From the IMG/VR virus record IMGVR_UViG_3300022468_000286: a DNA stretch of 22,463 bases; one strand, given 5' to 3'. The number at the start of each line of letters is the position of its first letter. The first letter of the stretch is position 1. The translations under genes and the position numbers were made by a program. This DNA is from a virus (taxonomy: Duplodnaviria; Heunggongvirae; Uroviricota; Caudoviricetes). Below, piece by piece: positions 1 through 7,349 of the stretch. The notes beneath the pieces were generated by a model that saw nothing but the letters and a program-made list of their open reading frames with translations, was not told the DNA's origin and made no database searches.

Positions 1-13
1 TTTAGGATATATC

Positions 14-241
14 ATGCAATACGGTAAGACAATGCTGGTTTCTTCTATTGGCTCTTTCAAGGGCATTAAGGCCGGGCAATGGGTTCAAATTGAAACGGGT
101 TCACGCGGGCAATATCTGGGGACCACTGACACTGGCGTGGCGGTAGTTCGCTGGCAACAAGATAATGCAAAGTTTGCCCGAAGGGATGCTATAAACAATA
201 AGCACCTGCGACGCTTTGCTAAAACCTACGGTAGCAAATAA
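14..241 (+). CDS. Hypothetical early phage protein (75 aa)
   Basis: ORF with AGGA RBS just upstream; same strand and size class as neighbouring early genes. Confidence 0.75.
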   Translation: MQYGKTMLVSSIGSFKGIKAGQWVQIETGSRGQYLGTTDTGVAVVRWQQDNAKFARRDAINNKHLRRFAKTYGSK

Positions 242-254
242 TCCGCAGTAAACT

Positions 255-286
255 ATAATAAGGGATTATTCAATAGTCCCTTATTA
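255..286 (+). terminator. Intergenic inverted repeat (terminator-like or regulatory hairpin)
   Basis: ATAATAGGGATTATT-C-AATAGTCCCTTATTAT pairs with one bulge; no clear U-tract. Confidence 0.45.
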
Positions 287-316
287 TGGCAATATTGCCT
301 GATTGGAGTTTTTAAG

Positions 317-796
317 ATGCTCAAAGTAATTGAAAATCAACTGTCGGAAATTGATGCTAACGTGTCGGATTTTCTCAGGGCTAAATGCAGCATTCAATGG
401 AGCGTTATTTATTGTGGCGCTTATTCTGAGCATAACGGCAATAAATGGGATCATGATAAATGGTCATTCACATTTACTCGCACTGGCGTTATCAAGGCTG
501 TAAACTTTGAATACCACACTGGCGCAGGCCATCGCGGAAAGAGAAACAAAGGATGGGCAATCGCTGAAATCTGCGCAGTAAAACCCGGACCCGCTGGGAT
601 TATGCATAGCCTGATAATGAATAAATCCGCCTGTGAACAATCATTCGTTAGTTGGTGTGCAGATTCTGGATATGATTCTGATAGCCGTAAAGCTTTCAGT
701 ATTTACGAACAATGCCAGAATGAATACGATAAAGTCCGGCGCATTTTGACGGATAAGGAAATCGAAGCATTGACGGAAATATTGCAAGACTATTAA
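317..796 (+). CDS. Hypothetical early phage protein (159 aa)
   Basis: ORF with GGAG RBS; no family confidently recognised. Confidence 0.8.
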   Translation: MLKVIENQLSEIDANVSDFLRAKCSIQWSVIYCGAYSEHNGNKWDHDKWSFTFTRTGVIKAVNFEYHTGAGHRGKRNKGWAIAEICAVKPGPAGIMHSLIMNKSACEQSFVSWCADSGYDSDSRKAFSIYEQCQNEYDKVRRILTDKEIEALTEILQDY

Positions 797-805
797 TCTA
801 GCATG

Positions 806-833
806 AATAACCCTAAACTTTCTAGGGTTATTT
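806..833 (+). terminator. Terminator-like hairpin after the 159 aa gene
   Basis: AATAACCCTA-AACTTTC-TAGGGTTATT, a perfect 10 bp stem. Confidence 0.55.
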
Positions 834-842
834 GTAGCAGGT

Positions 843-881
843 TATAATCTACGATTCAGCAACAAACCAAAGGGTTTTACC
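843..881 (+). promoter_or_regulatory. Early promoter -10 and leader
   Basis: TATAAT at 843-848 followed by CTAC, a CAACAAACC leader and AGGG; similar to leaders at 1846 and 2047; -35 weak. Confidence 0.5.
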
Positions 882-1571
882 ATGGCTTACCGTATCAAGT
901 TTACTCGTGTTTCCTCAAATAGCAAAACGGGTCCAATCCCTACGACAATGACTAGTTCGGACTCCTGCCCTGCAGCGTGTCCTTTGCAGGGCAATAACGG
1001 CTGTTATGCCAGTTATGGCATGGTAGGACTGCACTGGCGCAAAACCGATAATGGCGAGCATGTTACAGACTGGCAGGGGCTTTGCGATAACGTTAAGGCT
1101 TTGCCAAAGGGTCAATTGTGGCGAATGAACGTAGCTGGAGACTTGCCGCATGAGAATCAATTTATTGATGAGCTTATGCTTTCGGGGTTGATTTACGCAA
1201 ATAAAGGTAAAAAAGGCTTTACCTATACTCATCATGATATGAGTATTGCACATAATCGTGCAGTTATTGAAAATGCAAATTCTCGGGGCTTTACCGTTAA
1301 CCTTTCGGCAAATAATCTGCAGCATGTAGATGAATTAAAGGCCCTTAATATTGCACCTGTAGTTACCCTTATGCCTGAGGATGCCCCAAAGGTAAGCACT
1401 ACGCCAGCAGGGCATACAGTGATTATCTGCCCTGCAACATACCGGGAAGATATTCAGTGTGCTAACTGCGGTATTTGTGCAGAGCCTCAGCGCAAAGCTA
1501 TCATTGGGTTTCCCGTGCATGGCTCAGGTAAGAATAAAGCGCATAAGGTATTTAATATTAAAGCACTGTAA
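882..1571 (+). CDS. Cysteine-rich phage protein, GP88-like / degenerate radical-SAM-like fold (229 aa)
   Basis: N-terminal CPAACPLQGNNGCYA motif, central WRMNVAGD and GFTYTHH, C-terminal CPA...CANCGIC; family assignment is from memory. Confidence 0.55.
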   Translation: MAYRIKFTRVSSNSKTGPIPTTMTSSDSCPAACPLQGNNGCYASYGMVGLHWRKTDNGEHVTDWQGLCDNVKALPKGQLWRMNVAGDLPHENQFIDELMLSGLIYANKGKKGFTYTHHDMSIAHNRAVIENANSRGFTVNLSANNLQHVDELKALNIAPVVTLMPEDAPKVSTTPAGHTVIICPATYREDIQCANCGICAEPQRKAIIGFPVHGSGKNKAHKVFNIKAL

Positions 1572-1577
1572 AGGGGC

Positions 1578-1712
1578 ATGATGTATCGTTTTATCCTTCG
1601 CTTGCAAGCCTTATCTATAGTGCTGTGTGTTGTGCTGTACTCTACAGTTGTTGCAATGGTGCTGGGCTTCCCTCTTTGGCTTATCCTATGGATGGCACGG
1701 GGAAGGCTTTAA
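1578..1712 (+). CDS. Small membrane protein (44 aa), absent from the ORF track
   Basis: AAGGGG RBS; MMYRFILRLQALSIVLCVVLYSTVVAMVLGFPLWLILWMARGRL is almost entirely hydrophobic. Confidence 0.6.
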   Translation: MMYRFILRLQALSIVLCVVLYSTVVAMVLGFPLWLILWMARGRL

Positions 1713-1821
1713 AGGGCTATCCTAGGAGGTATCAGTGCTGGCCTAGGGGGGTAGCATAGGGTAAGAGACAGTAGGGCCTTAAGAGGGGCTTCCCTTGTTG
1801 TACGGTGTGAAGTCCCTACGC

Positions 1822-1851
1822 TTGCAAGGGTTATTTTCTGTGGTGTATAAT
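1822..1851 (+). promoter_or_regulatory. Sigma70-type early promoter
   Basis: TTGCAA-18 nt-TATAAT, followed by the CAACAAACC leader. Confidence 0.55.
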
Positions 1852-1882
1852 TCAGGCATCACAACAAACCTAGGAACTAGAT

Positions 1883-2011
1883 ATGAATACCACGAAGTAC
1901 GGCAAGCAATGGCGCAAAGCAGCACGCGAGGCATTAGGGGACTGGATGCTAATTGAACCCCCCTCTTATCTCATAGGTATCGGAAACTACAAGAGCTACT
2001 CGATAAAATAA
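1883..2011 (+). CDS. Small hypothetical protein (42 aa), absent from the ORF track
   Basis: AGGA RBS downstream of the promoter; MNTTKYGKQWRKAAREALGDWMLIEPPSYLIGIGNYKSYSIK; terminator-like hairpin follows. Confidence 0.55.
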   Translation: MNTTKYGKQWRKAAREALGDWMLIEPPSYLIGIGNYKSYSIK

Positions 2012-2018
2012 TTCAGAT

Positions 2019-2040
2019 AGCCCTGCCTAGGGGGGGCTTT
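2019..2040 (+). terminator. Terminator-like hairpin
   Basis: AGCCC...GGGCT stem followed by a short T run. Confidence 0.45.
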
Positions 2041-2085
2041 CTGCAGTATAATCTACACATCCTCAACGCAACAGGGTTATACATC

Positions 2086-2361
2086 ATGACTGATATCAAC
2101 ATCCTCAATGTAAACATCGAAGCATTACCGCAAGTGAAGACAGATAAAGAAAATAATACAGTTACAGTGAAAGATCACTTTCGGTATTTTTGGTTATATA
2201 CTTCTAGGGATGTTTGGACGCAGGATGGCTGGCTGATTACTGCAGTGCAGGACAACGGCACGACGCACCACCTGCGCAAAGGTACTGCCTACGGCACTGC
2301 AGAGCTTAAAGAGGATACGGTACTGTACTATAAAGGGAAGAAGGTTAGACTGATTGATTAA
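2086..2361 (+). CDS. Hypothetical early protein (91 aa)
   Basis: ORF downstream of TATAAT (2047-2052) and an AGGG RBS. Confidence 0.75.
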   Translation: MTDINILNVNIEALPQVKTDKENNTVTVKDHFRYFWLYTSRDVWTQDGWLITAVQDNGTTHHLRKGTAYGTAELKEDTVLYYKGKKVRLID

Positions 2362-2381
2362 GTTGATTGATTAAGTTGATT
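2351..2381 (+). repeat. 13 bp tandem duplication
   Basis: TGATTGATTAAGT x2 plus TGATT, spanning the stop codon at 2359-2361. Confidence 0.85.
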
Positions 2382-2414
2382 ATCTTAGGTTATACACACG
2401 AAGGGAATATCAAA

Positions 2415-2603
2415 ATGCATGCGATTATCAAACAGACGGTATATGCCGAGGGTCAGTCAGTGGTCGTAGGACGGTATATCGGCAGGGACGACACAATGAA
2501 AACAATGGAATATATTGGACCTACCACTGAAGCAGATGCCAAGATTCAAACCATGAAGAACGCCGGTTATGAATTCCAACACGTTCGCATCATCGAACGA
2601 TAG
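2415..2603 (+). CDS. Hypothetical early protein (62 aa)
   Basis: Track ORF begins at 2367, but ATG 2415 has an AAGGGA RBS and is the more plausible start. Confidence 0.65.
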   Translation: MHAIIKQTVYAEGQSVVVGRYIGRDDTMKTMEYIGPTTEADAKIQTMKNAGYEFQHVRIIER

Positions 2604-2623
2604 CAAAAGGCTATAACCAATCG

Positions 2624-2654
2624 GCCCCTATAGCATTATGTTATAGGGGCTTTT
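2624..2654 (+). terminator. Rho-independent terminator ending the early block
   Basis: GCCCCTATAGCA-TTA-TGTTATAGGGGC followed by TTTT. Confidence 0.8.
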
Positions 2655-3296
2655 GCTTGTCCGTAAGATTTAACATAATGGACATCGTATCTAGGGCCTG
2701 CGGTGCTGTACTGGTGCCGCATGGATGCTGCAGGCATGCACTGGGCTAGCTGGTGCGTGATATTTTGGGATTGCTGGAGGGTATGGAGGGTGGAGATGTA
2801 CGGGCACTTAAGCCCCTAAGCCAATCTGCTATGGTATTTGTAACAATACTCCTGTGGTATTTTCACAACAAACACCTCTACTTCTGCCTTACAGAAAACA
2901 ACAAATAAATCAACCTTAGCAACTTCATAGCAATAAGCTATCAATATTTCCCTTGACAGCAAACCAAAATACTACCGAGATTACACCCAAATCCTAAACC
3001 CCTCGTAAACGCACCAGAACCTCCTACAAGGCACCTAAAAGTACTCAGATATCCACAGGTACTACCTCACCCTTAAAGGGCCTTATAGAGCCTCTAAGAA
3101 GGTCTTCAAAAGTACTCCTAAGCACAAAACAAAGCACTCAACCTAAGAACTTCACTGATATATTTCCCGTGAGCTTCATAAAACCCTCACGAAGGTACTA
3201 AGTACTTAAAATTTTTATAAAGGTGTTTCAAAGGTAGTACTTAAGGCACTCCTAAAGATGCATCTAAAGAGATTTGTAACGAAGATGTAAGTTAAC

Positions 3297-3325
3297 TTGA
3301 TTGTTTAGTCAAAATATGCTATTAT
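3297..3325 (+). promoter_or_regulatory. Sigma70-type promoter
   Basis: TTGATT-17-TATTAT. Confidence 0.45.
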
Positions 3326-3521
3326 AGATATTTTCCTTGAAATTCCTCTGGTACTATTAGTGTTCTTTAGGTCATCTGAGTAGTATTTAGTATTTTAGAT
3401 TTATGTTTAATACTAAATCACTTCAGTGTACTTAAGTGAACTAATAGTATTACTGAAGTACACCTTCATGTTCTCATCTATGTTGTGCCCAAGCCGAAGG
3501 CGTTAATACGAAAAATAAAGC

Positions 3522-3550
3522 TTGACAACATTCATACAAAGTAGTACAAT
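3522..3550 (+). promoter_or_regulatory. Sigma70-type promoter
   Basis: TTGACA-17-TACAAT. Confidence 0.7.
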
Positions 3551-3692
3551 CATACTTGACAATCACTTAAAGTATAACTTATGTAAATACTAAAGAAATA
3601 CATAGGTATTCTTTAACATACTACATTGATAAATAGTAATACTAATGTAGTACTCTATGTATCACCTTAAGTACACTAAGATTAGGAGTTTA

Positions 3693-3720
3693 TTGACTCT
3701 ACCAAAAGATGTGATATAAT
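3693..3720 (+). promoter_or_regulatory. Sigma70-type promoter for the 3759 gene and phoH operon
   Basis: TTGACT-16-TATAAT with TGn extension. Confidence 0.65.
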
Positions 3721-3758
3721 ACACTTTTAGAACTTATCATTCCAACAAAGGAGGTTTC

Positions 3759-4055
3759 ATGATTGAAAGAGTAAACGACAACCAAAGAGTACAGCAGTAC
3801 GGTCTTGCAGAATGGCTACAGGAAGTACAAGAACTTTTTCAGAGAGGCTATGTATTTGATTTCGAGAGTAATGAAAATTACCCTCAATCTATTGGTCATC
3901 TCTTCACTGCCATTATGGTTCCTGCTAAATCTAACATTGTTGTAAAAACACAACAAGAGGAAACACCAGAAGTACCACCAGAACTCAAAGCTCTGCAAGA
4001 GACAGTAGAGTCCATGAAGGCAAAGCCCGGTCGTAAGCCAAAGATCGAATCTTAA
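3759..4055 (+). CDS. Hypothetical protein (98 aa) with basic KPGRKPK tail
   Basis: AGGAGG RBS; first gene after the promoter. Confidence 0.85.
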   Translation: MIERVNDNQRVQQYGLAEWLQEVQELFQRGYVFDFESNENYPQSIGHLFTAIMVPAKSNIVVKTQQEETPEVPPELKALQETVESMKAKPGRKPKIES

Positions 4056-4066
4056 AAGGAGTTCCC

Positions 4067-4822
4067 TTGAAGCGCAATCAAAAAACACAATCTCAGAGAA
4101 TCCAAAAAGAAAAGTTCATTCGCCAGCAGTTCCCTCAAGTACACCCCAAAGGAGAGAACCAGAAGATTTTCTTGGATGCACTAAGGAACACGACTCTGGT
4201 GATTGCGGCAGGGTCAGCAGGGACTGGTAAGACCTTCCTTGCATGTTATACTGCTGCTAAGAAGCTACACAATGGAGAGATCAAGAAGATCATTCTTCTG
4301 CGAGCTTATCAGCCTCTAGCAGGGCGTAGTATTGGTTTCCTTCCCGGTACGGCTGAAGAGAAGCTTATGCCTTACTACCAACAGATGCTGGATTACTTTG
4401 AAGATATTCTAGGTAAAGGTACTGTAGAGGTAGCCCTTAAGAATCGAGTAATTGAAATCTGTTCTCTGGAGACTATCCGTGGTCGTTCTTGGGATGATTC
4501 CTTCATCATCGTAGATGAATCTCAAAATCTCTATGTCCCTGAGATTCAGGCTTTGACTACTCGGGTGGGTAGCAACAGTCAAATGATCTTCTGTGGAGAT
4601 AATAGCGGTATCCAGACGGATATTCGTAAAGGTACTACGGATGGATTGTCTTACTTGAGATACATCACCGATAAGTATAATATTCAAGATGTAGCGTTTG
4701 TACAGTTCACTAGAGATGATATTGTTCGTTCGGATATCACGAGGGATTTCGTTATTGCTTTTGAAGAAGAGCTTATTGAAGAAGAGAAATCCAAAGTAAA
4801 AACTAAAGGAGCTAAGGCATGA
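4067..4822 (+). CDS. phoH: PhoH-family ATPase
   Basis: Walker A GSAGTGKT, GFLPG motif, RGRS, Walker B IIVDESQN, FCGD; TTG start with AGGAG RBS. Confidence 0.95.
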   Translation: MKRNQKTQSQRIQKEKFIRQQFPQVHPKGENQKIFLDALRNTTLVIAAGSAGTGKTFLACYTAAKKLHNGEIKKIILLRAYQPLAGRSIGFLPGTAEEKLMPYYQQMLDYFEDILGKGTVEVALKNRVIEICSLETIRGRSWDDSFIIVDESQNLYVPEIQALTTRVGSNSQMIFCGDNSGIQTDIRKGTTDGLSYLRYITDKYNIQDVAFVQFTRDDIVRSDITRDFVIAFEEELIEEEKSKVKTKGAKA

Positions 4823-5484
4823 ATTATAAAGTAAATAAAGCTCAAGACGACGAAGATGATTTTGTTCAAGAGAAGAACACTCTGGGGTATTTCGTAAAGA
4901 CTCAGGTGGCAAATCAGTACACGGTGAATATTGATGAGCAGTTCGTATCTCCAAGCTACTACAGGTCAATCGTCAGTATGTTGATGAATTGCTCAGAGCT
5001 AGATACGGTGATCTTTTTGATTAATTCCCCCGGTGGTATGCTTTCAGGTCTTTTGACTCTCCTAGAGGGCCTTAAGATGACGGAAGCACAGACTATCGCG
5101 GTCATGGTAGGGGAGTGCGCCTCGGCAGCAAGTATGTTTGCTCTGCATTGCGATACTGCTTATGTCTCGGACAATGCTACAATGCTCTGTCATAACATCA
5201 GCTACGGTACTGGCGGTAAGGGCAGTGACATCCTGTCGCACGTACAGCACGTATCCAAGACCAGTGAGAAGCTGTTGCGTAAAACATACGAACACTTCTT
5301 GACACAGGATGAAATCAATGAAATGATCAATGGTCGGGAGATTTATCTTGATTCAGAAGAAATCAAAGAACGATTGGATAAGCGCCAAGCCCTTCTAGAA
5401 GCACAGGAGCAAGAAGAGCAGAAGCCTCAACCAAAGAAGACCAAACGAACCTCTAAGAAGGCAGAGGTAGAAACCAAGGAGTGA
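4819..5484 (+). CDS. ClpP-like serine protease subunit
   Basis: FLINSPGG, ECASAAS (catalytic Ser), MLCH (catalytic His); ATGA overlap with phoH. Confidence 0.85.
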   Translation: MNYKVNKAQDDEDDFVQEKNTLGYFVKTQVANQYTVNIDEQFVSPSYYRSIVSMLMNCSELDTVIFLINSPGGMLSGLLTLLEGLKMTEAQTIAVMVGECASAASMFALHCDTAYVSDNATMLCHNISYGTGGKGSDILSHVQHVSKTSEKLLRKTYEHFLTQDEINEMINGREIYLDSEEIKERLDKRQALLEAQEQEEQKPQPKKTKRTSKKAEVETKE

Positions 5485-5975
5485 TGATGCAACCAGAAAG
5501 ACTTAGACAAATCCTTGACTATGACCCTCTTTCTGGTATAATCAAAAACAAAAGAACAAAGAGAGTCTTGCAAGCGGATCATGATGGTCTTGTTATTGTA
5601 TTTGACTCTCTTGCTAAAAGAAGTTTTAAACTGAAGTTAGACCGAGTGGCTTATGCTATGGCTTTTGGAGAGTTTCCCAAGGAAGACTATAAAATACTTC
5701 ATAGGAACCTGAACTCTCAGGACAATCGCTTAAATAATCTCCATGCTGTCAGCCGCAAGGTCTTCCTTCAGATTAAAGAGGCTCATAAGAACCTCTCTAG
5801 TGGTATAAGACTAGCACCTCATCCTACGGATCAGTTTGCTTATGTGCTTTACTGGTATGAGGGAGGTGTTGAGAGGACGAAACTTCTTCAAGATATTGTG
5901 CCAGCGAGAGAATTGCAGTTGAAACTTCAGTTGAAGTACAGTAAAATACTGACAAAATACTGTATTTTTGATTAG
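5481..5975 (+). CDS. HNH-like endonuclease, probably degenerate
   Basis: LDYDPLSG N-terminus and RVAYAM...ILHRNLNSQDNRLNNL resemble phage HNH_3 proteins with altered catalytic spacing. Confidence 0.6.
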   Translation: MMMQPERLRQILDYDPLSGIIKNKRTKRVLQADHDGLVIVFDSLAKRSFKLKLDRVAYAMAFGEFPKEDYKILHRNLNSQDNRLNNLHAVSRKVFLQIKEAHKNLSSGIRLAPHPTDQFAYVLYWYEGGVERTKLLQDIVPARELQLKLQLKYSKILTKYCIFD

Positions 5976-5990
5976 ATTACAAAATTTAAC

Positions 5991-6019
5991 TTGTATTTAT
6001 AGATAGAGCATGTTATAAT
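5991..6019 (+). promoter_or_regulatory. Sigma70-type promoter at the start of the RNA island
   Basis: TTGTAT-17-TATAAT with TGn extension. Confidence 0.7.
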
Positions 6020-6030
6020 AAATTTTATTG

Positions 6031-6179
6031 ATCTTAGCAAGCGCAAATAAAAACGAGCGTAAAGGTGGTTTTTACTCTCCTTTCACTACCGGCTGCGCTT
6101 AATCATAAAATGCTGACTGCTAAGATGTAAATCGGGTATCCTCGCTTAGGCTTGGGGTATCGCGGGAACCGTAACCCGC
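6031..6179 (+). ncRNA. Candidate structured ncRNA
   Basis: Begins just after the promoter; ATCTTAGCA/TGCTAAGAT (6031-6039/6118-6126), AGCGCA/TGCGCT, and a 3' hairpin GCGGG-AACCGTAA-CCCGC; no ORF. Confidence 0.45.
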
Positions 6180-6211
6180 TATATTAACCTAACATAAAAA
6201 TAATAACAAAC

Positions 6212-6397
6212 ATGATTTGTACTTCCTGTAAATCTTACTATCGGCGTTCCGCATGGAATCCCTCTAAGTATTGTGAAAAATGCTTTGATGAAACAAAAGA
6301 CGCTGATGAGTATTCTTTAGCTTCGGATGATGATTCTGTAGAGATTGATAGTATTTTGAATCCTACAGGGAAGACACAACCTAAGTTTTATGATTAA
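6212..6397 (+). CDS. Small zinc-finger protein (61 aa)
   Basis: CxxC...CxxC followed by an acidic tail. Confidence 0.65.
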   Translation: MICTSCKSYYRRSAWNPSKYCEKCFDETKDADEYSLASDDDSVEIDSILNPTGKTQPKFYD

Positions 6398-6398
6398 T

Positions 6399-6473
6399 GC
6401 GTGCTGAGTTTTGTTGGTAAAACACTAGGCTTCCACCCTTGAGTCATCGGTTCGATCCCGATAGCCCGCGCCA
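6399..6473 (+). tRNA. tRNA-Gly(UCC)
   Basis: Cloverleaf; loop CT-TCC-AC; TTCGATC T-loop; CCA end. Confidence 0.9.
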
Positions 6474-6581
6474 GAATTGGAGATTTGATCAATCTCAAAG
6501 CAACGGCAGTATTGATTCCTAGAAATACGATTCTTTAACTTGCGGAAAGTAGTTGCACAGCAGAACCTAAGCTGCTACAAT

Positions 6582-6658
6582 GTGGGCATAGCACAGTCTG
6601 GTTAGTGCATCTGGTTGCCATCCAGAAGACTTCGGTTCAAATCCGAATGCTCATACCA
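6582..6658 (+). tRNA. tRNA-Gly(GCC)
   Basis: Cloverleaf; loop TT-GCC-AT; CCA end. Confidence 0.9.
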
Positions 6659-6663
6659 ACCCC

Positions 6664-6692
6664 TTGACACAAGGTTGGAAGTCAGTTAAAAT
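6664..6692 (+). promoter_or_regulatory. Internal promoter of the tRNA array
   Basis: TTGACA-17-TAAAAT. Confidence 0.75.
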
Positions 6693-6700
6693 TACGGAAT

Positions 6701-6776
6701 GCTTCATTAGCTCAATCGGGAGAGCGCGACACTGTCACTGTCGAGGTAAGGAGATCGAAACTCCTATGAGGCGCCA
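6701..6776 (+). tRNA. tRNA-Asp(GUC)
   Basis: Cloverleaf; loop CT-GTC-AC; T-loop ATCGAAA; CCA end. Confidence 0.92.
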
Positions 6777-6789
6777 AGTTTTGGGTTTT

Positions 6790-6858
6790 GGGTATTGGGA
6801 ATGTAGGCTCTGGTGAGAACCACCAACCGGGCGGGTTTAACTCCCGTCATATCCACCA
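6790..6858 (+). ncRNA. Anticodon-less tRNA-like element (pseudo-tRNA)
   Basis: Acceptor GGGTAT/ATATCC, discriminator A and CCA; T-arm GCGGG-TTTAACT-CCCGT; central hairpin TGGT-GAGA-ACCA instead of an anticodon arm. Confidence 0.6.
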
Positions 6859-6876
6859 AAGAATTATCAGAAAGTC

Positions 6877-6905
6877 TTGACAAGAAATTAGGGCTTTGTT
6901 ATAAT
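6877..6905 (+). promoter_or_regulatory. Consensus promoter inside the tRNA array
   Basis: TTGACA-17-TATAAT with TGn extension. Confidence 0.9.
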
Positions 6906-6914
6906 TCAGTTTAT

Positions 6915-6989
6915 GCACCATTCGTCTAGAAGTTAGGACGCTGGCCTTTCAAGCCGGAAACAGGGGAGCGTTACCCCTATGGTGTACCA
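6915..6989 (+). tRNA. tRNA-Glu(UUC)
   Basis: Loop CT-TTC-AA; non-canonical T-loop AGCGTTA; CCA end. Confidence 0.88.
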
Positions 6990-6997
6990 ATTATTAA

Positions 6998-7074
6998 GCG
7001 AGATTAGCTCAGTGGATTAGAGCAGGTCACTACGAATGATCAGGTCGGGAGTTCAAGTCTCTCATTTCGCTCCA
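6998..7074 (+). tRNA. tRNA-Arg(ACG)
   Basis: Loop CT-ACG-AA; canonical arms; CCA end. Confidence 0.93.
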
Positions 7075-7080
7075 AGTTTT

Positions 7081-7178
7081 AGGTTAGTTACAGCAACTCA
7101 AATTATTCTTACCATTATCAAGAACGAAGGGTTCGACTCCCCCGTAAAAGTGCTCGGAGCACGAAAAGCTAACCTGTT
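7081..7178 (+). ncRNA. ACAGCAA-stem element, copy 1
   Basis: AGGTTAGT-T-ACAGCAA ... GCTAACCT-GTT; internal T-arm mimic GGG-TTCGACT-CCC. Confidence 0.65.
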
Positions 7179-7186
7179 TTATTTAT

Positions 7187-7264
7187 TGGTCATTAACTCA
7201 GTTGGTTTAGAGTATCGGACTTTTAATCCGAGAGTCATCGGTTCGAGTCCGATATGACCTACCA
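7187..7264 (+). tRNA. tRNA-Lys(UUU)
   Basis: Loop CT-TTT-AA; U1:U72 mismatch; CCA end. Confidence 0.92.
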
Positions 7265-7267
7265 GAT

Positions 7268-7342
7268 TCATCGTTGCCGGAGTGACTACGGAAGTGATTG
7301 CAAACCACTTTTAGATGGGTTAAAATCCCATACGATGATCCA
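7268..7342 (+). tRNA. tRNA-Cys(GCA)
   Basis: Loop TT-GCA-AA; U73 discriminator; T-loop TTAAAAT; CCA end. Confidence 0.85.
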
Positions 7343-7349
7343 AAAATTT

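Larger units (their letters stand above)
3041..3674. repeat. Cluster of dispersed GTAC / AGTACT / CTTAAG palindromic motifs
   Basis: 12 GTAC counted by eye (3041, 3059, 3112, 3195, 3202, 3237, 3351, 3428, 3458, 3544, 3650, 3671) against roughly 2-3 expected. Confidence 0.6.

Noticed and set aside
2956-2962. Extra ACAGCAA occurrences here and inside coding genes
   Set aside because: No flanking complementary stem or CTGTT tail
3556-3578. TTGACA ... TATAAC promoter
   Set aside because: The spacer is only 11 nt
6778-6799. TTTTGGG / TTGGG telomere-like or G-quadruplex repeat
   Set aside because: Only three GGG runs, overlapping the 5' strand of the pseudo-tRNA; chance is likely
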